A stretch of DNA of 64,000 nucleotides from Spirochaetaceae bacterium. GTDB lineage: Bacteria; Spirochaetota; Spirochaetia; DSM-27196; PWMO01. The notes beneath the pieces were generated by a model. That model was not told the origin of the DNA. It made no database searches and was given only the letters and a program-made list of their open reading frames with translations. Location: NCBI GenBank assembly GCA_007693485.1, contig REDM01000178.1:7092-71091 (forward strand), in the 5' to 3' direction. This document shows, in pieces, positions 19,761 to 29,715 of the stretch (position 1 is the first letter of the stretch; the number at the start of each line of letters is the position of its first letter). The translations under genes were made by a program, and so were the position numbers.

Positions 19761-21119
19761 TTATCGTCCCGTCAGGAACACGATATCGCTGAAAAACGCA
19801 AATGCGATCAGCGCGAGAACGATTGCCGTTCCGACCATCTGGTATCGGTAGACCAGCTTGGGATGCAGGGGCCGACGGGTGATCCCCTCAATAGTGTAGA
19901 GGAGAATCTGTCCTCCGTCGAGCACCGGAATGGGAAGCAGGTTCATGAAAAACAGCGCAATGCTGACCAGCGACAGAAAGTTGAAGAAGGCGCGTGCACC
20001 TTCGGCCAGACCTACGGTGAGTCCTGCGGTTGCGACCTCACCCACAAAATAGGTGAGCCGGATCGGGCCAGCGACCGCCTGGGTGAGGTTTACTCCGCGA
20101 AACAGCAGCCCGAGACCGCGCACCGTCATCGCAAGGGTTGAAAAGGTCTCGGCGGTGCCGCGTCGAAGAGCCGCGACGGGACCCAGCGATGGACTCGGCA
20201 CTTCGACGGCCTGGAAGGTGATTCCCACGTAGAGTGAGCCGTCTTCCCGTGATCCGGGCACCAGCTCGGTGGTGACAAGGTCGCCCTCGCGCTCAAGCGA
20301 CAGCGATACTCTGCGCCCGGTGCCACCAAATACTCGAAAGAACTCCATGGTGTGAGGAATTGGCTCGCCGTCTACCGCAACGATTCGGTCTCCCGAACGG
20401 ATGTCTGCGATTCCGGCTGGTGAGTCAGCACTGACCGTTTGGACAACCGGTTCGATCCAGGGGAATACCCCGATCAGCCCCGCACCGGTGTCGGGATCAA
20501 GTCGCGGTGTAATGGACGTTTCCTGTTCCGCGCCGTCGCGGTCCAGCGTCAGAACCAGGGTTCGACCCGCGGCGCGGGTAACGCGCTCCTGAATCTCGCG
20601 GAAGCTGCCGGTTGGTTCTCCGTCGATCGCAACGATGCGGTCGCCGGTTTGCAGTCCCGCTACCTGAGCCGGATGCTCAATGGCTGTGGGCTGATAATCG
20701 GACGCCAGAATGATGCGATTCTCGAAGGTCATCACCGAAAACCCAAGCCCCCAGATGACCGAAAGCACAATGACGGCAAAGAGGAGGTTGACGAGGGGCC
20801 CGGCGGCGGCAACGAGGATGCGCTGCCAGGGGCCGGCGCTGAAGAAGGCGCCCTGCTCGTGGGGAATGCGGTCGGTTCCTTCGGCCCACGCGCGCTGCAG
20901 GAGCGCTTCCCCCTTCATCTTGCAGAAGCCCCCAAACGGGAACACCGAGATTTGATAGTCGGTTCCTTTGTAGCGGAATCCGGCAAGTTTGCGTCCCCAA
21001 CCAATGGAAAAGGTCTCGACCTCTATTCCCACTGCTTTTGCGGCGACCAGATGGCCGGCCTCGTGAACAAAAATCACGATACCCAGTCCGATGAGACCAA
21101 TGACGATATTCAACACCAT
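19761..21119 (-). CDS. rseP: RIP metalloprotease RseP (two PDZ domains)
   Basis: HEAGH and NLLPIPVLDGG motifs plus PDZ repeats. Confidence 0.94.
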   Translation of the reverse strand: MVLNIVIGLIGLGIVIFVHEAGHLVAAKAVGIEVETFSIGWGRKLAGFRYKGTDYQISVFPFGGFCKMKGEALLQRAWAEGTDRIPHEQGAFFSAGPWQRILVAAAGPLVNLLFAVIVLSVIWGLGFSVMTFENRIILASDYQPTAIEHPAQVAGLQTGDRIVAIDGEPTGSFREIQERVTRAAGRTLVLTLDRDGAEQETSITPRLDPDTGAGLIGVFPWIEPVVQTVSADSPAGIADIRSGDRIVAVDGEPIPHTMEFFRVFGGTGRRVSLSLEREGDLVTTELVPGSREDGSLYVGITFQAVEVPSPSLGPVAALRRGTAETFSTLAMTVRGLGLLFRGVNLTQAVAGPIRLTYFVGEVATAGLTVGLAEGARAFFNFLSLVSIALFFMNLLPIPVLDGGQILLYTIEGITRRPLHPKLVYRYQMVGTAIVLALIAFAFFSDIVFLTGR

Positions 21120-21125
21120 GTATTC

Positions 21126-22013
21126 CTATCCAATAAACAAGACAAGATAAAGATAATAAAAAACGAAGGCAGAAAATAGCGGAGAGTCAACGGAATCGAG
21201 CAGCCCGCCACGGCCGGGAATGATGTCGCCGGAGTCCTTTACTACCGCGGACCGCTTCAGCGCCGATTCGGCCAGGTCTCCCACGATGGCGGCGCATCCA
21301 ACGGCTGCTCCCAGAACGGCGGCTCGGATGAGACTGCCGGGAAACACGGCCGGCATGACGACCGCAGCCGCAACCATCACCACGATCGAGGTGACAAACC
21401 CGGCGACAAAACCGGCCAGACTCTTATTGGGGCTGACCGGAACGAGACGCTCGTTGCGTTTGCCAAAGAGCATACCAACCGCGTAGGCGAGAGAGTCGTT
21501 GAGATACACCGACGCAACAAAGACCACAATCAGTATCTTCGAGTGCGCAAGGCCCGACAGTCGAACCAGATAGGACCCGAAGAGCCCGGGATACACCATG
21601 AGAAACAGGACCGTGGTGAGCAGCGGTATGATGCCGGAAAAATGGCGTTCATCACGACGAAACCCTTGAAATCCAAGGATGAGGGCGGTGATCGTCACCA
21701 CAACGGTGAGCAGCGAATACGGCGTTGCCCCGACGAAGAGGGTCAGCAGGGCGGTGACCGGGAGCACGGCGCCGAGCCCAAAGGCGATGGAGCGCGGAAT
21801 GCGGTACGCACCCGGTCGCGCGGCAAGAATACCCGCGAGCTCCACGGACGCAATGCCGGTCGCGAAAATGACAAGCACATTGAAGGGAAGGTGGTAGAAA
21901 TTGGGCAGCAGAAGAATGAGCCCGATGAGTGCGGGAATTCCAACGGCAAATACCAGTACCCGCGTAATTACGTTTTTCATTGGGCGCCGTCGCGTGCTGG
22001 CTTCCGCGGTCAT
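21126..22013 (-). CDS. cdsA: phosphatidate cytidylyltransferase
   Basis: VSPNKS and GDLAESALKRSAVVKDSGDIIPGRGGLLDSVDS. Start is either 22013 (ATGA overlap) or 21980. Confidence 0.92.
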   Translation of the reverse strand: MTAEASTRRRPMKNVITRVLVFAVGIPALIGLILLLPNFYHLPFNVLVIFATGIASVELAGILAARPGAYRIPRSIAFGLGAVLPVTALLTLFVGATPYSLLTVVVTITALILGFQGFRRDERHFSGIIPLLTTVLFLMVYPGLFGSYLVRLSGLAHSKILIVVFVASVYLNDSLAYAVGMLFGKRNERLVPVSPNKSLAGFVAGFVTSIVVMVAAAVVMPAVFPGSLIRAAVLGAAVGCAAIVGDLAESALKRSAVVKDSGDIIPGRGGLLDSVDSPLFSAFVFYYLYLVLFIG

Positions 22014-22744
22014 CGCACGCCGCCGAAGTTGCGCGTGCGGCAGGCGTAATCCGCAAATGCCTCGCGCAGATCGTCGTGATCCCAGTCCGGCCACAGCTTG
22101 TCGCTGAAGTAGAGCTCCGCATAGGCGCACTGCCACAAGAGAAAGTTGCTGAGGCGCCGTTCCCCGCCGGTTCGGATGATGAGGTCGGGATCGGGTAGTT
22201 CGGGCAGATCCAGCGCCCCGCGCAGCCGTTCCTCAGTGACGGGCGACCCGCACGGCGTGGCCCCGGATGCGGCATCTCCTTCGATTACCCGACCGACCGC
22301 GCGTACGATCTCATCGCGTCCTCCGTAGTTGAGCGCGAGATTGACCGTGATTCGGTTGAACCCGGCGGTATCCTCCATGACACCGGCCAGCTGGGTCTGG
22401 ACCGATTTGGGAAGGCGGGCGGTATCGCCGCTGTGCACTATCCTGACCCCCACTTCGGTGTAGAAGGGAAGCTCTTTGCGCAGATGCCGTCCCACGAGGC
22501 CCATCAGAAACTTGACCTCGTCGGGGGTTCGATTCCAGTTTTCGGTGGAGAATGCGTAGAGCGAGAGATAGCGACAGCCCAGATCGGCGGCTGCGCGCAC
22601 GATGCGCTTCGCCGCTTCCAGGCCCTCCTGGTGACCGTTGGTCCTCGGCAGGTTGCGGGCGGTTGCCCACCTGCCGTTTCCATCCATGATGATTCCCACG
22701 TGAGTCGGGACGGCACCAGCAGGTGCCACCGGAGTCGCGCCCAT
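22010..22744 (-). CDS. uppS: undecaprenyl diphosphate synthase
   Basis: HVGIIMDGNGRWA, YAFSTENW and RTGGERRLSNFLLWQ. Confidence 0.96.
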   Translation of the reverse strand: MGATPVAPAGAVPTHVGIIMDGNGRWATARNLPRTNGHQEGLEAAKRIVRAAADLGCRYLSLYAFSTENWNRTPDEVKFLMGLVGRHLRKELPFYTEVGVRIVHSGDTARLPKSVQTQLAGVMEDTAGFNRITVNLALNYGGRDEIVRAVGRVIEGDAASGATPCGSPVTEERLRGALDLPELPDPDLIIRTGGERRLSNFLLWQCAYAELYFSDKLWPDWDHDDLREAFADYACRTRNFGGVR

Positions 22745-23298
22745 CAGATTTCCAGGATCTCTTTCTCTTTGGTTTCCACCACGCGGTTGATCTCTTCCAC
22801 GAAGCGGTCGGTGAGCTTCTGAATCTCGTCCTCACCGCGCTTTGCCTCATCCTCGGACAGGTCGCCGTTCTTCTGCTGTTTCTTCAGATCGTCGTTGGCG
22901 TCGCGGCGGATATTGCGAACAGCAACCCGGGCCTGCTCGGCCATGTTCTTGGCGACCTTCGCAAACTCCTTGCGCCGCTCTTCGGTGAGGGGCGGGATGT
23001 TGATGCGGATCACCTTTCCGTCGTTCATGGGATTCACCGAGAGCTCGGACTTCTGAATCGCCTTCTCGATGTCGGAGATGACCGCCTTGTCCCACGGCTG
23101 AATGACCACCAGCCGCGCTTCGGGCACCGAGATCGTCGCCACCTGGTTCAAGGGTGTCGAGTTTCCGTAATACTCAACCTTGATTTTATCGAAGAGGGAC
23201 GCCGATGCACGGCCGGTTCGGATAGTGTTAAACTCCTCCTCCAGCGCGTGCAGCGATTTCTTCATCCGTTCTTCAGACTGTTTCAGTAACTGGTCCAT
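22744..23298 (-). CDS. frr: ribosome recycling factor
   Basis: IRTGRAS and PPLTEERRKE. Confidence 0.97.
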   Translation of the reverse strand: MDQLLKQSEERMKKSLHALEEEFNTIRTGRASASLFDKIKVEYYGNSTPLNQVATISVPEARLVVIQPWDKAVISDIEKAIQKSELSVNPMNDGKVIRINIPPLTEERRKEFAKVAKNMAEQARVAVRNIRRDANDDLKKQQKNGDLSEDEAKRGEDEIQKLTDRFVEEINRVVETKEKEILEI

Positions 23299-23316
23299 GA
23301 GCGTGGCCTCTCTGGG

Positions 23317-24156
23317 TCACTCGGTTTCTTCGCCGACCCGGTAGTAGCGATAGTCTACCACGGAGACGGAACCGGCGGCCTGTTTGCCGACCTCGGTTGC
23401 CATCTGCGCAACGGACTTTTTGTCGTCTTTCACAAAGGGCTGATCGAGCAGACAGATCTCAGCGAGGTGCTTCTTCATTTTGCCCTTCACAATTCCCTGG
23501 AGCACGTTTTCCGGTTTGTCCAGATTCTGCGCCTGCTTGAGGAAGATTGCTTCCTGCTCCGCCACGTACGCCGCGGGTACCGCCTGCGCGTCGAGGTAGG
23601 TCGGGCGGAACGCTGCCACGTGCAGCGCAACGTCGAAGGCAAACTGTTTCACCGCATCGGCGGTCGGCACGTCGGTTTTGACCTTGATCAGTACTCCGAT
23701 ATTGCCGCCGTCTCCGTGGATGTAGTCAACCACCAGCTCGTCCGACGCAATATCCATCGCTTCAAACCGCCGCGGAGACATGTTTTCCTTGATGGTGCTG
23801 ATCGCCTTGGCAACTTCGTCCTGCACCACAGGTGCGTCGATGGCCAGATTCTGCTCCAGCATCATACCGACGAGCTTCTTTCCGAGGGCAATGAAATCGG
23901 TGTTGCGGGCGACGAAGTCGGTCTCGCAGGAGAGCTCCAGAATGCCCGCCTTACCGCCGCCCACCGTCGTGAACACGCGGCCCTCGTTGGTGGCCCGGCC
24001 CATGCGTTTGGCAGCCGCGGCGAGGCCCAGCTCCTTCAGAATCTTTTCCGCTTGGGCAAAGTCGCCGCCGGCGTCAACCAGCGCCTTCTTGCAGTCCATC
24101 ATGCCGGCGCCCGTCTTGTCTCTCAGTTTCTTTACGTCTGATGCCTGTATATTCAT
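23317..24156 (-). CDS. tsf: elongation factor Ts
   Basis: VKKLRDKTGAGMMDCKKAL and ELSCETDFVARN. Confidence 0.97.
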   Translation of the reverse strand: MNIQASDVKKLRDKTGAGMMDCKKALVDAGGDFAQAEKILKELGLAAAAKRMGRATNEGRVFTTVGGGKAGILELSCETDFVARNTDFIALGKKLVGMMLEQNLAIDAPVVQDEVAKAISTIKENMSPRRFEAMDIASDELVVDYIHGDGGNIGVLIKVKTDVPTADAVKQFAFDVALHVAAFRPTYLDAQAVPAAYVAEQEAIFLKQAQNLDKPENVLQGIVKGKMKKHLAEICLLDQPFVKDDKKSVAQMATEVGKQAAGSVSVVDYRYYRVGEETE

Positions 24157-24212
24157 TGGGTTATCCTCCGTTATTGGTGCCGTCTCGTCGTATCCGTAGT
24201 GCGTGGGGACGA

Positions 24213-25265
24213 TTACGGCTCTTCGTAGAGCTTCTCCTGGTCGATCCCCGCTTTCGCGGCAACCGCTTCTTCGGGAGTGAGGTTGTCGGTCGGATTCTCC
24301 TTGGTGGCATCATCGGGAACGTACTCGGAGTAGTCGTCGGTCGCGAAGCTTTCCGATTCGTCGGGCGCTTGTTCTGCCGCCGGCGCTTCTTCCGCGGGTT
24401 TTTCTGCGACGACCACTTCTTCAGCAACCTGCTCGGCGACGGGTGCGGTCTCTACCGCGGCAGCGCTTGGGCTCTCGGCAACGTATTCGTCCTCGTCATC
24501 GACGTCCCGGTCGACGACGTCTTCGCTGCCGTCTTCCATGACGTCTCCGTCTTCCTGCAGGTTCTCGATCACTTCAAGGCCAATCTCGTTGTCGGCTTCG
24601 ATGACCGCTTTGGAGATGATGGAGGTGAAGAGGTTAATCGCGCGGATTGCGTCGTCGTTTCCGGGAATGGGGTAGGTGATGCCGTCCGGATTGCAGTTGG
24701 TATCAACTACCGCGACAATGGGGATACCCATGCGCTGTGCCTCGGCAACCGCGATTCCCTCCTTGCGGGTGTCAATCACGAAGATAATGCCGGGAAGCTC
24801 TTTCATCTCTTTGATGCCGCCGAGGTTCTTCTCGAGACGAGCGCGCTCCTTGTTGAGTCGAGCGACCTCTTTCTTGGTCAGACTCTCGAAGGTACCGTCG
24901 ACTTCCATCTTGTCGATCTTTTTCAACCGAAGAAGAGACTTTTTGATGGTTGAAAAGTTGGTGAGCATTCCGCCAAGCCAGCGGTTGTTCACGTAAAACA
25001 TCCCGCAGTGCTGCGCCTCGCGCTCAATTGCCTGCTGGGCCTGTTTCTTGGTTCCAACAAACAGCACCGACTTGTTTTCGAGAACGGATTTGCGTACCGC
25101 GTCGTACGCTTCTTTGATGCAGACGATGGTCTTCTGCAGGTCGATGATGTGAATCCCATTACGTTCAGCGAAGATAAATCGCTTCATTCGGGGATCCCAT
25201 CGCTTGGTCTGATGACCAAAGTGCACACCTGACTCAAGCAGGTTTTTCATGGTAACTACTGCCAC
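24213..25265 (-). CDS. rpsB: 30S ribosomal protein S2 with acidic C-terminal tail
   Basis: [12 protein letters not shown] and [12 protein letters not shown] start after GAGGAGG. Confidence 0.96.
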   Translation of the reverse strand: MAVVTMKNLLESGVHFGHQTKRWDPRMKRFIFAERNGIHIIDLQKTIVCIKEAYDAVRKSVLENKSVLFVGTKKQAQQAIEREAQHCGMFYVNNRWLGGMLTNFSTIKKSLLRLKKIDKMEVDGTFESLTKKEVARLNKERARLEKNLGGIKEMKELPGIIFVIDTRKEGIAVAEAQRMGIPIVAVVDTNCNPDGITYPIPGNDDAIRAINLFTSIISKAVIEADNEIGLEVIENLQEDGDVMEDGSEDVVDRDVDDEDEYVAESPSAAAVETAPVAEQVAEEVVVAEKPAEEAPAAEQAPDESESFATDDYSEYVPDDATKENPTDNLTPEEAVAAKAGIDQEKLYEEP

Positions 25266-25341
25266 AAGGCCTCCTCTTCGCGCCGATAACTGCTCGACAC
25301 GATCCTTCACTGTTTCTCGAACGGCTCTGCCGTCGGAAGAT

Positions 25342-25956
25342 TTACTGAGACGGTTGTTGCGTCCCAATGTGTGGTCTGAGAATAGAATAAACGCGATGGA
25401 TTGGCAAGCCCATGACCGTTGCGTAGGAGCCGTGAATTGACTCGAGGAAGCGGGCGGCAACCCCCTGCACGCGATAGCCGCCGGCCACTCCGCGCCACTC
25501 CTGGTGGTCGAGGTAATCGGCGATCTCCGACTCGTCAAGCGGCAGAAAGCGAACGTCGGCGGTGTCGATGAACTGGTGCAGGGTATCGCCGGGCGTCAGC
25601 ATGGCGCAGGCGGTGACCACGGTGTGCGTACGACCCGCGAGCGATTGCAGCATGTGGGCCGCCTCTTCGCGGTTGGCCGGCTTTCCAAAGGTTGTGTTGC
25701 CGAGGAACACCATCGTGTCGGCGCTCAGGAGCGCGGATTCATCGGGACGCATCAGGGGGCGTGCGACCTCGAGTTTGGCGGCGGCCCTCATGGCAGCGGT
25801 CTCGATGGGGTCCGGGTGGGAAATAGCCTCTTCGTCGACCTGGGGATGGACCACGCGAAACGCAATACCAACCTGCATCAACAGGGCGGAACGGCGTGGA
25901 GAAGACGAAGCGAGCACCAGGCAACCCGACCCCGATTCCAATTTCAAAACGCTCAT
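25342..25956 (-). CDS. maf: Maf-family nucleoside triphosphate pyrophosphatase
   Basis: [20 protein letters not shown] and VMGLP. Confidence 0.92.
   Translation of the reverse strand: MSVLKLESGSGCLVLASSSPRRSALLMQVGIAFRVVHPQVDEEAISHPDPIETAAMRAAAKLEVARPLMRPDESALLSADTMVFLGNTTFGKPANREEAAHMLQSLAGRTHTVVTACAMLTPGDTLHQFIDTADVRFLPLDESEIADYLDHQEWRGVAGGYRVQGVAARFLESIHGSYATVMGLPIHRVYSILRPHIGTQQPSQ
25379..25407 (-). promoter_or_regulatory. rpsB promoter inside the 3' end of maf
   Basis: Minus strand TTGCCA-N17-TATTCT, giving a leader of about 105 nt (possible S2 autoregulatory leader). Confidence 0.55.
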
Positions 25957-26189
25957 ATGGACTGGAATACCCGGATGCCCGGGTAGACGGCAATGACGGT
26001 TCCGGGATTGATCCGCACCCAGACCGCGATGACAAAGGCGTCAAATCCTACCGGTCCCACCGAGACGTCGAGGGTCAGTCCCAGACTCGCTACAATGCGC
26101 TCGATAATCTCCCACGACAGCGTTCCGATAAAGAGGGCGAGCAGCAGCACCCCGACAAAAGTGCCGCGTGTTTTGGCGGTGAGTTTCAT
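25953..26189 (-). CDS. small two-TM membrane protein
   Basis: 78 aa hydrophobic ORF with ATGA coupling to maf. Confidence 0.7.
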   Translation of the reverse strand: MKLTAKTRGTFVGVLLLALFIGTLSWEIIERIVASLGLTLDVSVGPVGFDAFVIAVWVRINPGTVIAVYPGIRVFQSI

Positions 26190-26232
26190 GCGCGCATTCT
26201 ATCGGCAACCGCGCTCTCCGGGAAGCGTGCTC

Positions 26233-26300
26233 GTGCGGCGCACTTGGTGCGGCGCACTTTGTGCTTGACAGATGGCGGCCGTGCTTGACAGATGGCGGCC
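26233..26300 (+). repeat. two adjacent tandem duplications (14-bp unit x2, then 20-bp unit x2)
   Basis: GTGCGGCGCACTT(G/T) twice, then GTGCTTGACAGATGGCGGCC twice exactly. Confidence 0.9.
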
Positions 26301-26314
26301 CTTGAGAGTACCGT
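26285..26314 (+). promoter_or_regulatory. tRNA promoter
   Basis: TTGACA-N18-TACCGT about 20 nt upstream of the tRNA. Confidence 0.5.
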
Positions 26315-26334
26315 GAGCGTCACCAAAGCAGTGG

Positions 26335-26408
<74 letters not shown>

Positions 26409-26455
26409 GTTCTCCGCTCTGTTTCCTTCGATTCCCCGTTCAGTGTTCTCCGACC

Positions 26456-27223
26456 TTACTCTCCGTGTTCTTCCTCCTCGCTCCAGTAAGGGTGGGTTGT
26501 GTAGTGGCCAAACAGCAGCTGTTCGAAATCCCGGGTGATCGGTTGATCGCTGTCGATCGCGGGAGCAGAGAGGATCTTCTCCTTGGACGCATTGACCGCC
26601 ACGTGTGCCTTGGACCAGACCACGTGGTCGATCCACTTCGGGGATACCACGAGTCGGCGCATGCCCGGTTTGTGCGACAGCGAGGCCATCAGGTAGCGCA
26701 ACGCCCAGGTCTGATCGTCAATGATGAAGTCGGTTATCTGCCCCAGATCGCCGTCAACCGCGTGCAGGCGGTAGCCGGTTACCTCTTTGGTGCTGCGCAG
26801 GTGGGCGTCTTCGTCGTTGGTGTCGGGCTGGTCGGAGGGTGGTGCCGGCCGGCCGTCGGGAACCATTTCGTGGCCCCAGAGCCCAAGCCCGCCCCAGTAC
26901 GCGGGTACGTTGTAGTACAGGTGAAACTCGCTCTCCTTCTTGCGCGAGATGGGCTGGTGCGTGTCGATGTCGGGACTCTCCTCGACCTGAGTCTTGGTGA
27001 GCGCGACGTTGATCTCGCGCTTCTCGAGGTCGACTCCGGTGACCGAGTGCGGAGAGATGAGCACCTCCTTGCCGAGAAACCAGAAGCCGGTCTTCACGAC
27101 CAGATACCGTACGACCCACTTCCCGTCATCAAAGTAGCAGTCCTCGACGTGACCAAGCTCACCGTCGGTCGCGTGAATCTTGAAACCGTGTAATGTGCGG
27201 ATGCCGTATACCATGTGTGCCAC
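26456..27223 (-). CDS. tandem PRC-barrel domain protein
   Basis: Two repeats, GFKIHATDGELGHVEDCYFDD..WVVRYL and GYRLHAVDGDLGQITDFIIDD..WALRYL. Confidence 0.85.
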   Translation of the reverse strand: MAHMVYGIRTLHGFKIHATDGELGHVEDCYFDDGKWVVRYLVVKTGFWFLGKEVLISPHSVTGVDLEKREINVALTKTQVEESPDIDTHQPISRKKESEFHLYYNVPAYWGGLGLWGHEMVPDGRPAPPSDQPDTNDEDAHLRSTKEVTGYRLHAVDGDLGQITDFIIDDQTWALRYLMASLSHKPGMRRLVVSPKWIDHVVWSKAHVAVNASKEKILSAPAIDSDQPITRDFEQLLFGHYTTHPYWSEEEEHGE

Positions 27224-27290
27224 CTCCCGCTGCTTCCAGTATAACCCCGATCCGGAATTCGGGACACCGGTGACCGTGCCGAATAATTGC

Positions 27291-27319
27291 TTGAAAAACG
27301 AGCGGGAGTGGGATACACT
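27291..27319 (+). promoter_or_regulatory. sigma70 promoter of the EAL gene
   Basis: TTGAAA-N17-TACACT. Confidence 0.55.
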
Positions 27320-27325
27320 TTTTCG

Positions 27326-27346
27326 TGATATTCTAATAGAATATCA
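27326..27346. promoter_or_regulatory. perfect 10-1-10 palindrome, candidate repressor operator
   Basis: TGATATTCTA-A-TAGAATATCA at the predicted +1. Confidence 0.65.
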
Positions 27347-27364
27347 TTCTATGAGATATTAGAT

Positions 27365-28933
27365 ATGGGCAGTGAAACCGACGCATCTCCCCCCACCGGC
27401 GCGATCCTTCGCGAGGTGAGCGACATCTTTACTCGATCCGACGTTCCCGATGACGTCAAGGCGCGCGTGCGCGTCCTGGCCGAAAGCGTGGACCGCCTGG
27501 AGAACAACCTCGAATCCACCCTGCGCGACCTGCAGCAGCTCGGGAAAACGGTGCAGGAGCAGGAGCGACGGAAGCAAAAACTCGAGCAGCAGTTGATCTA
27601 CAATCGCAAGACCGGATTGCCCAACCACGTGGTCATGGATCGCGACATCCACGCGGTGATTAACGAGGCGGAGCAATCGCCCACAACCAAGACGGTGTCG
27701 CTGGTGATTCTGGACCTCGACGATCAATACGCGCAAATCAAACAGACCATGGAAGCGGGTATCAGCGAGTGGATCATGTACCGCACGGCAGAGCGCATCC
27801 GCTCGCTGTTGCCGACCAATGCCCGGCTCTACCACACCCGCGAGAACGAGTTTGTCATCATGGCAATCAACCTCGAGGGCGAGGTGTCCGAACTGGTGGA
27901 CCAGCTGATCGACGAAGTGAATCGCCCGTTTCAGTTTCCCGAGTATACCCTGTCGGTGGGATGCACCTGTGGCATTGCGATCTACCCCGAACACGCGCGG
28001 ACAAAACGGGTGCTGCTGCGCAGCGCCGACATCGCCCTCACCGAGGCGGTGCGGGCAAATCGCCCGTCCGTGATCTACAACCGACAGCTCGGACACGACA
28101 TGATCGAGAAGATGGAGCTGCAAAACAGCATCATTCGCGCGATTGAGGAGCCCTCGATCACCGAGATCGACCGGCAGTTTGCGCTTCACTTTCAGCCGCT
28201 GGTACAGATTGACTCGATCGAAAGCGCGGTGGTTGATTACCACGCCGTGGGAGCGGAGGCGCTGATCCGCTGGATGCACCCCAAACGCGGTATGGTATCG
28301 CCGGGCCGGTTCATCCCTCTGGCTGAAGAGACGGGGCTCATCGTTCCCATTGGATACTGGGCGCTCTTTTCGGCCACTGCCGAACTGAAGCTCTGGGCGG
28401 AATCCGAGCTTCGCGATCTGTATCTTTCGGTCAATCTCTCTCCGCGGCAGTTCAAGGATCGGTATCTCGTCTCCAACATCTCGCGGGTTCTCTCGAAGAA
28501 CCAGATCGATCCGTCGCGACTTCGGCTGGAGGTGACCGAAAGCAGCGTCATGGATGACCCCGACGATTCAATCCGCAAGATTCGCACCATTCACGAGATG
28601 GGGATCAAAGTGTCGATCGATGACTTCGGCACCGGGTACTCATCGCTCAATTATCTCAAACGGTTCCCCATAAGCACCATAAAACTGGATAAAAGCTTCA
28701 TCGAAGATGTATTAATTAATCGGAACACCCAGGGAATCGTTCGCGCGATTCTCTCAATGGCGGCTGCAATGGGACTGAACGTGATAGCAGAAGGGATTGA
28801 AACGTACGAACAGGCGAGTTTTCTCTATCATGAAGGGTGTACCTGCATCCAGGGGTACTACTTCAGCAAGCCTATGACGTCGGATGCGTTTCGCCGAGAG
28901 GTACTGAACGACCTGCGGACTACGCGCGCATGA
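27365..28933 (+). CDS. c-di-GMP phosphodiesterase (coiled coil + degenerate GGDEF + EAL)
   Basis: GGDEF position reads RENEF. AEALIRW, EVTES, IDDFGTGYSSL, AEGIET and QGYYFSKP are intact. Confidence 0.9.
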   Translation: MGSETDASPPTGAILREVSDIFTRSDVPDDVKARVRVLAESVDRLENNLESTLRDLQQLGKTVQEQERRKQKLEQQLIYNRKTGLPNHVVMDRDIHAVINEAEQSPTTKTVSLVILDLDDQYAQIKQTMEAGISEWIMYRTAERIRSLLPTNARLYHTRENEFVIMAINLEGEVSELVDQLIDEVNRPFQFPEYTLSVGCTCGIAIYPEHARTKRVLLRSADIALTEAVRANRPSVIYNRQLGHDMIEKMELQNSIIRAIEEPSITEIDRQFALHFQPLVQIDSIESAVVDYHAVGAEALIRWMHPKRGMVSPGRFIPLAEETGLIVPIGYWALFSATAELKLWAESELRDLYLSVNLSPRQFKDRYLVSNISRVLSKNQIDPSRLRLEVTESSVMDDPDDSIRKIRTIHEMGIKVSIDDFGTGYSSLNYLKRFPISTIKLDKSFIEDVLINRNTQGIVRAILSMAAAMGLNVIAEGIETYEQASFLYHEGCTCIQGYYFSKPMTSDAFRREVLNDLRTTRA

Positions 28934-29685
28934 TGCTGGAAATTGCTTGCATCAGCGACGTCGGGCTGGTGCGCGAGAACAACGAGGACATAGCGGTTGC
29001 CGCGCGAACCTACGTGCGCGACGGCGTACTCTCGTCGGTGGAGCCGGTGGACCCGGTGCTGTCCACCGTACTCGGTGTAGCGGACGGGGTTGGCGGCAGC
29101 AACGCAGGCGAGGTAGCGAGCCGATTTGTGCTCGAGCAGCTTGCGCTCGGGATTCACACCCTGGACGGAGAACTCGATTCTGACGCCCTTGATGAGCGAG
29201 TGCGCCGGATATGCGCCGAGGCGCATCAGGGGCTGATTCGCAAGGGGCTGACGAGTCCGCGGTTTGAGGGCATGGCGACCACCGCAACCGTGCTCTTCGC
29301 GTACCGGGGATCGTGGTACGTGGCCCACGCCGGGGACTCGCGCTGTTATCACGCGGCCCGGGGGAGCTTGCGCCAACTGAGCCGCGACCACACCCTCCGG
29401 GAGTTCACCGGCAACCCAAAGATACCCGGCAACATCCTGGTGAACTGCTTTGGCACGCAGGACGAGTTCTTCATCGACTTCTTTCGCGTCTGCGACCAGT
29501 GCGAGGCGGGCGACGTCTTTCTGCTGTGCAGCGACGGTCTGTCCGACATGGTGTCAAATGATACGATCCTGACCACATTGACCGACGAGCCCGATCTCGC
29601 AACCGCAGCGCAGGAGCTGGTGTCGGCCGCCAAGGAATCCGGCGGCCGTGATAATATTACGCTGGTGGTTGCACGCGTATTGTAA
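28930..29685 (+). CDS. PP2C-family Ser/Thr protein phosphatase
   Basis: SDVGLVRENNED, VADGVGG, HAGDSR, LLCSDGL and GGRDNIT; ATGA coupling. Confidence 0.93.
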   Translation: MMLEIACISDVGLVRENNEDIAVAARTYVRDGVLSSVEPVDPVLSTVLGVADGVGGSNAGEVASRFVLEQLALGIHTLDGELDSDALDERVRRICAEAHQGLIRKGLTSPRFEGMATTATVLFAYRGSWYVAHAGDSRCYHAARGSLRQLSRDHTLREFTGNPKIPGNILVNCFGTQDEFFIDFFRVCDQCEAGDVFLLCSDGLSDMVSNDTILTTLTDEPDLATAAQELVSAAKESGGRDNITLVVARVL

Positions 29686-29715
29686 CGCGACGCAGAGTCG
29701 GAGTACCTTGCAGTC

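Noticed and set aside
23298-23317. Absence of pyrH between tsf and frr
   Set aside because: This is the ordinary arrangement in Treponema/Borrelia-type spirochaetes, so it is not novel.
26233-26300. Repeats as a mini CRISPR array
   Set aside because: Units are contiguous with no spacers, and no cas genes are present.
26456-27223. PRC barrel as evidence of photosynthesis
   Set aside because: PRC barrels are widespread in non-phototrophs, and no puf/puh/bch genes are present.
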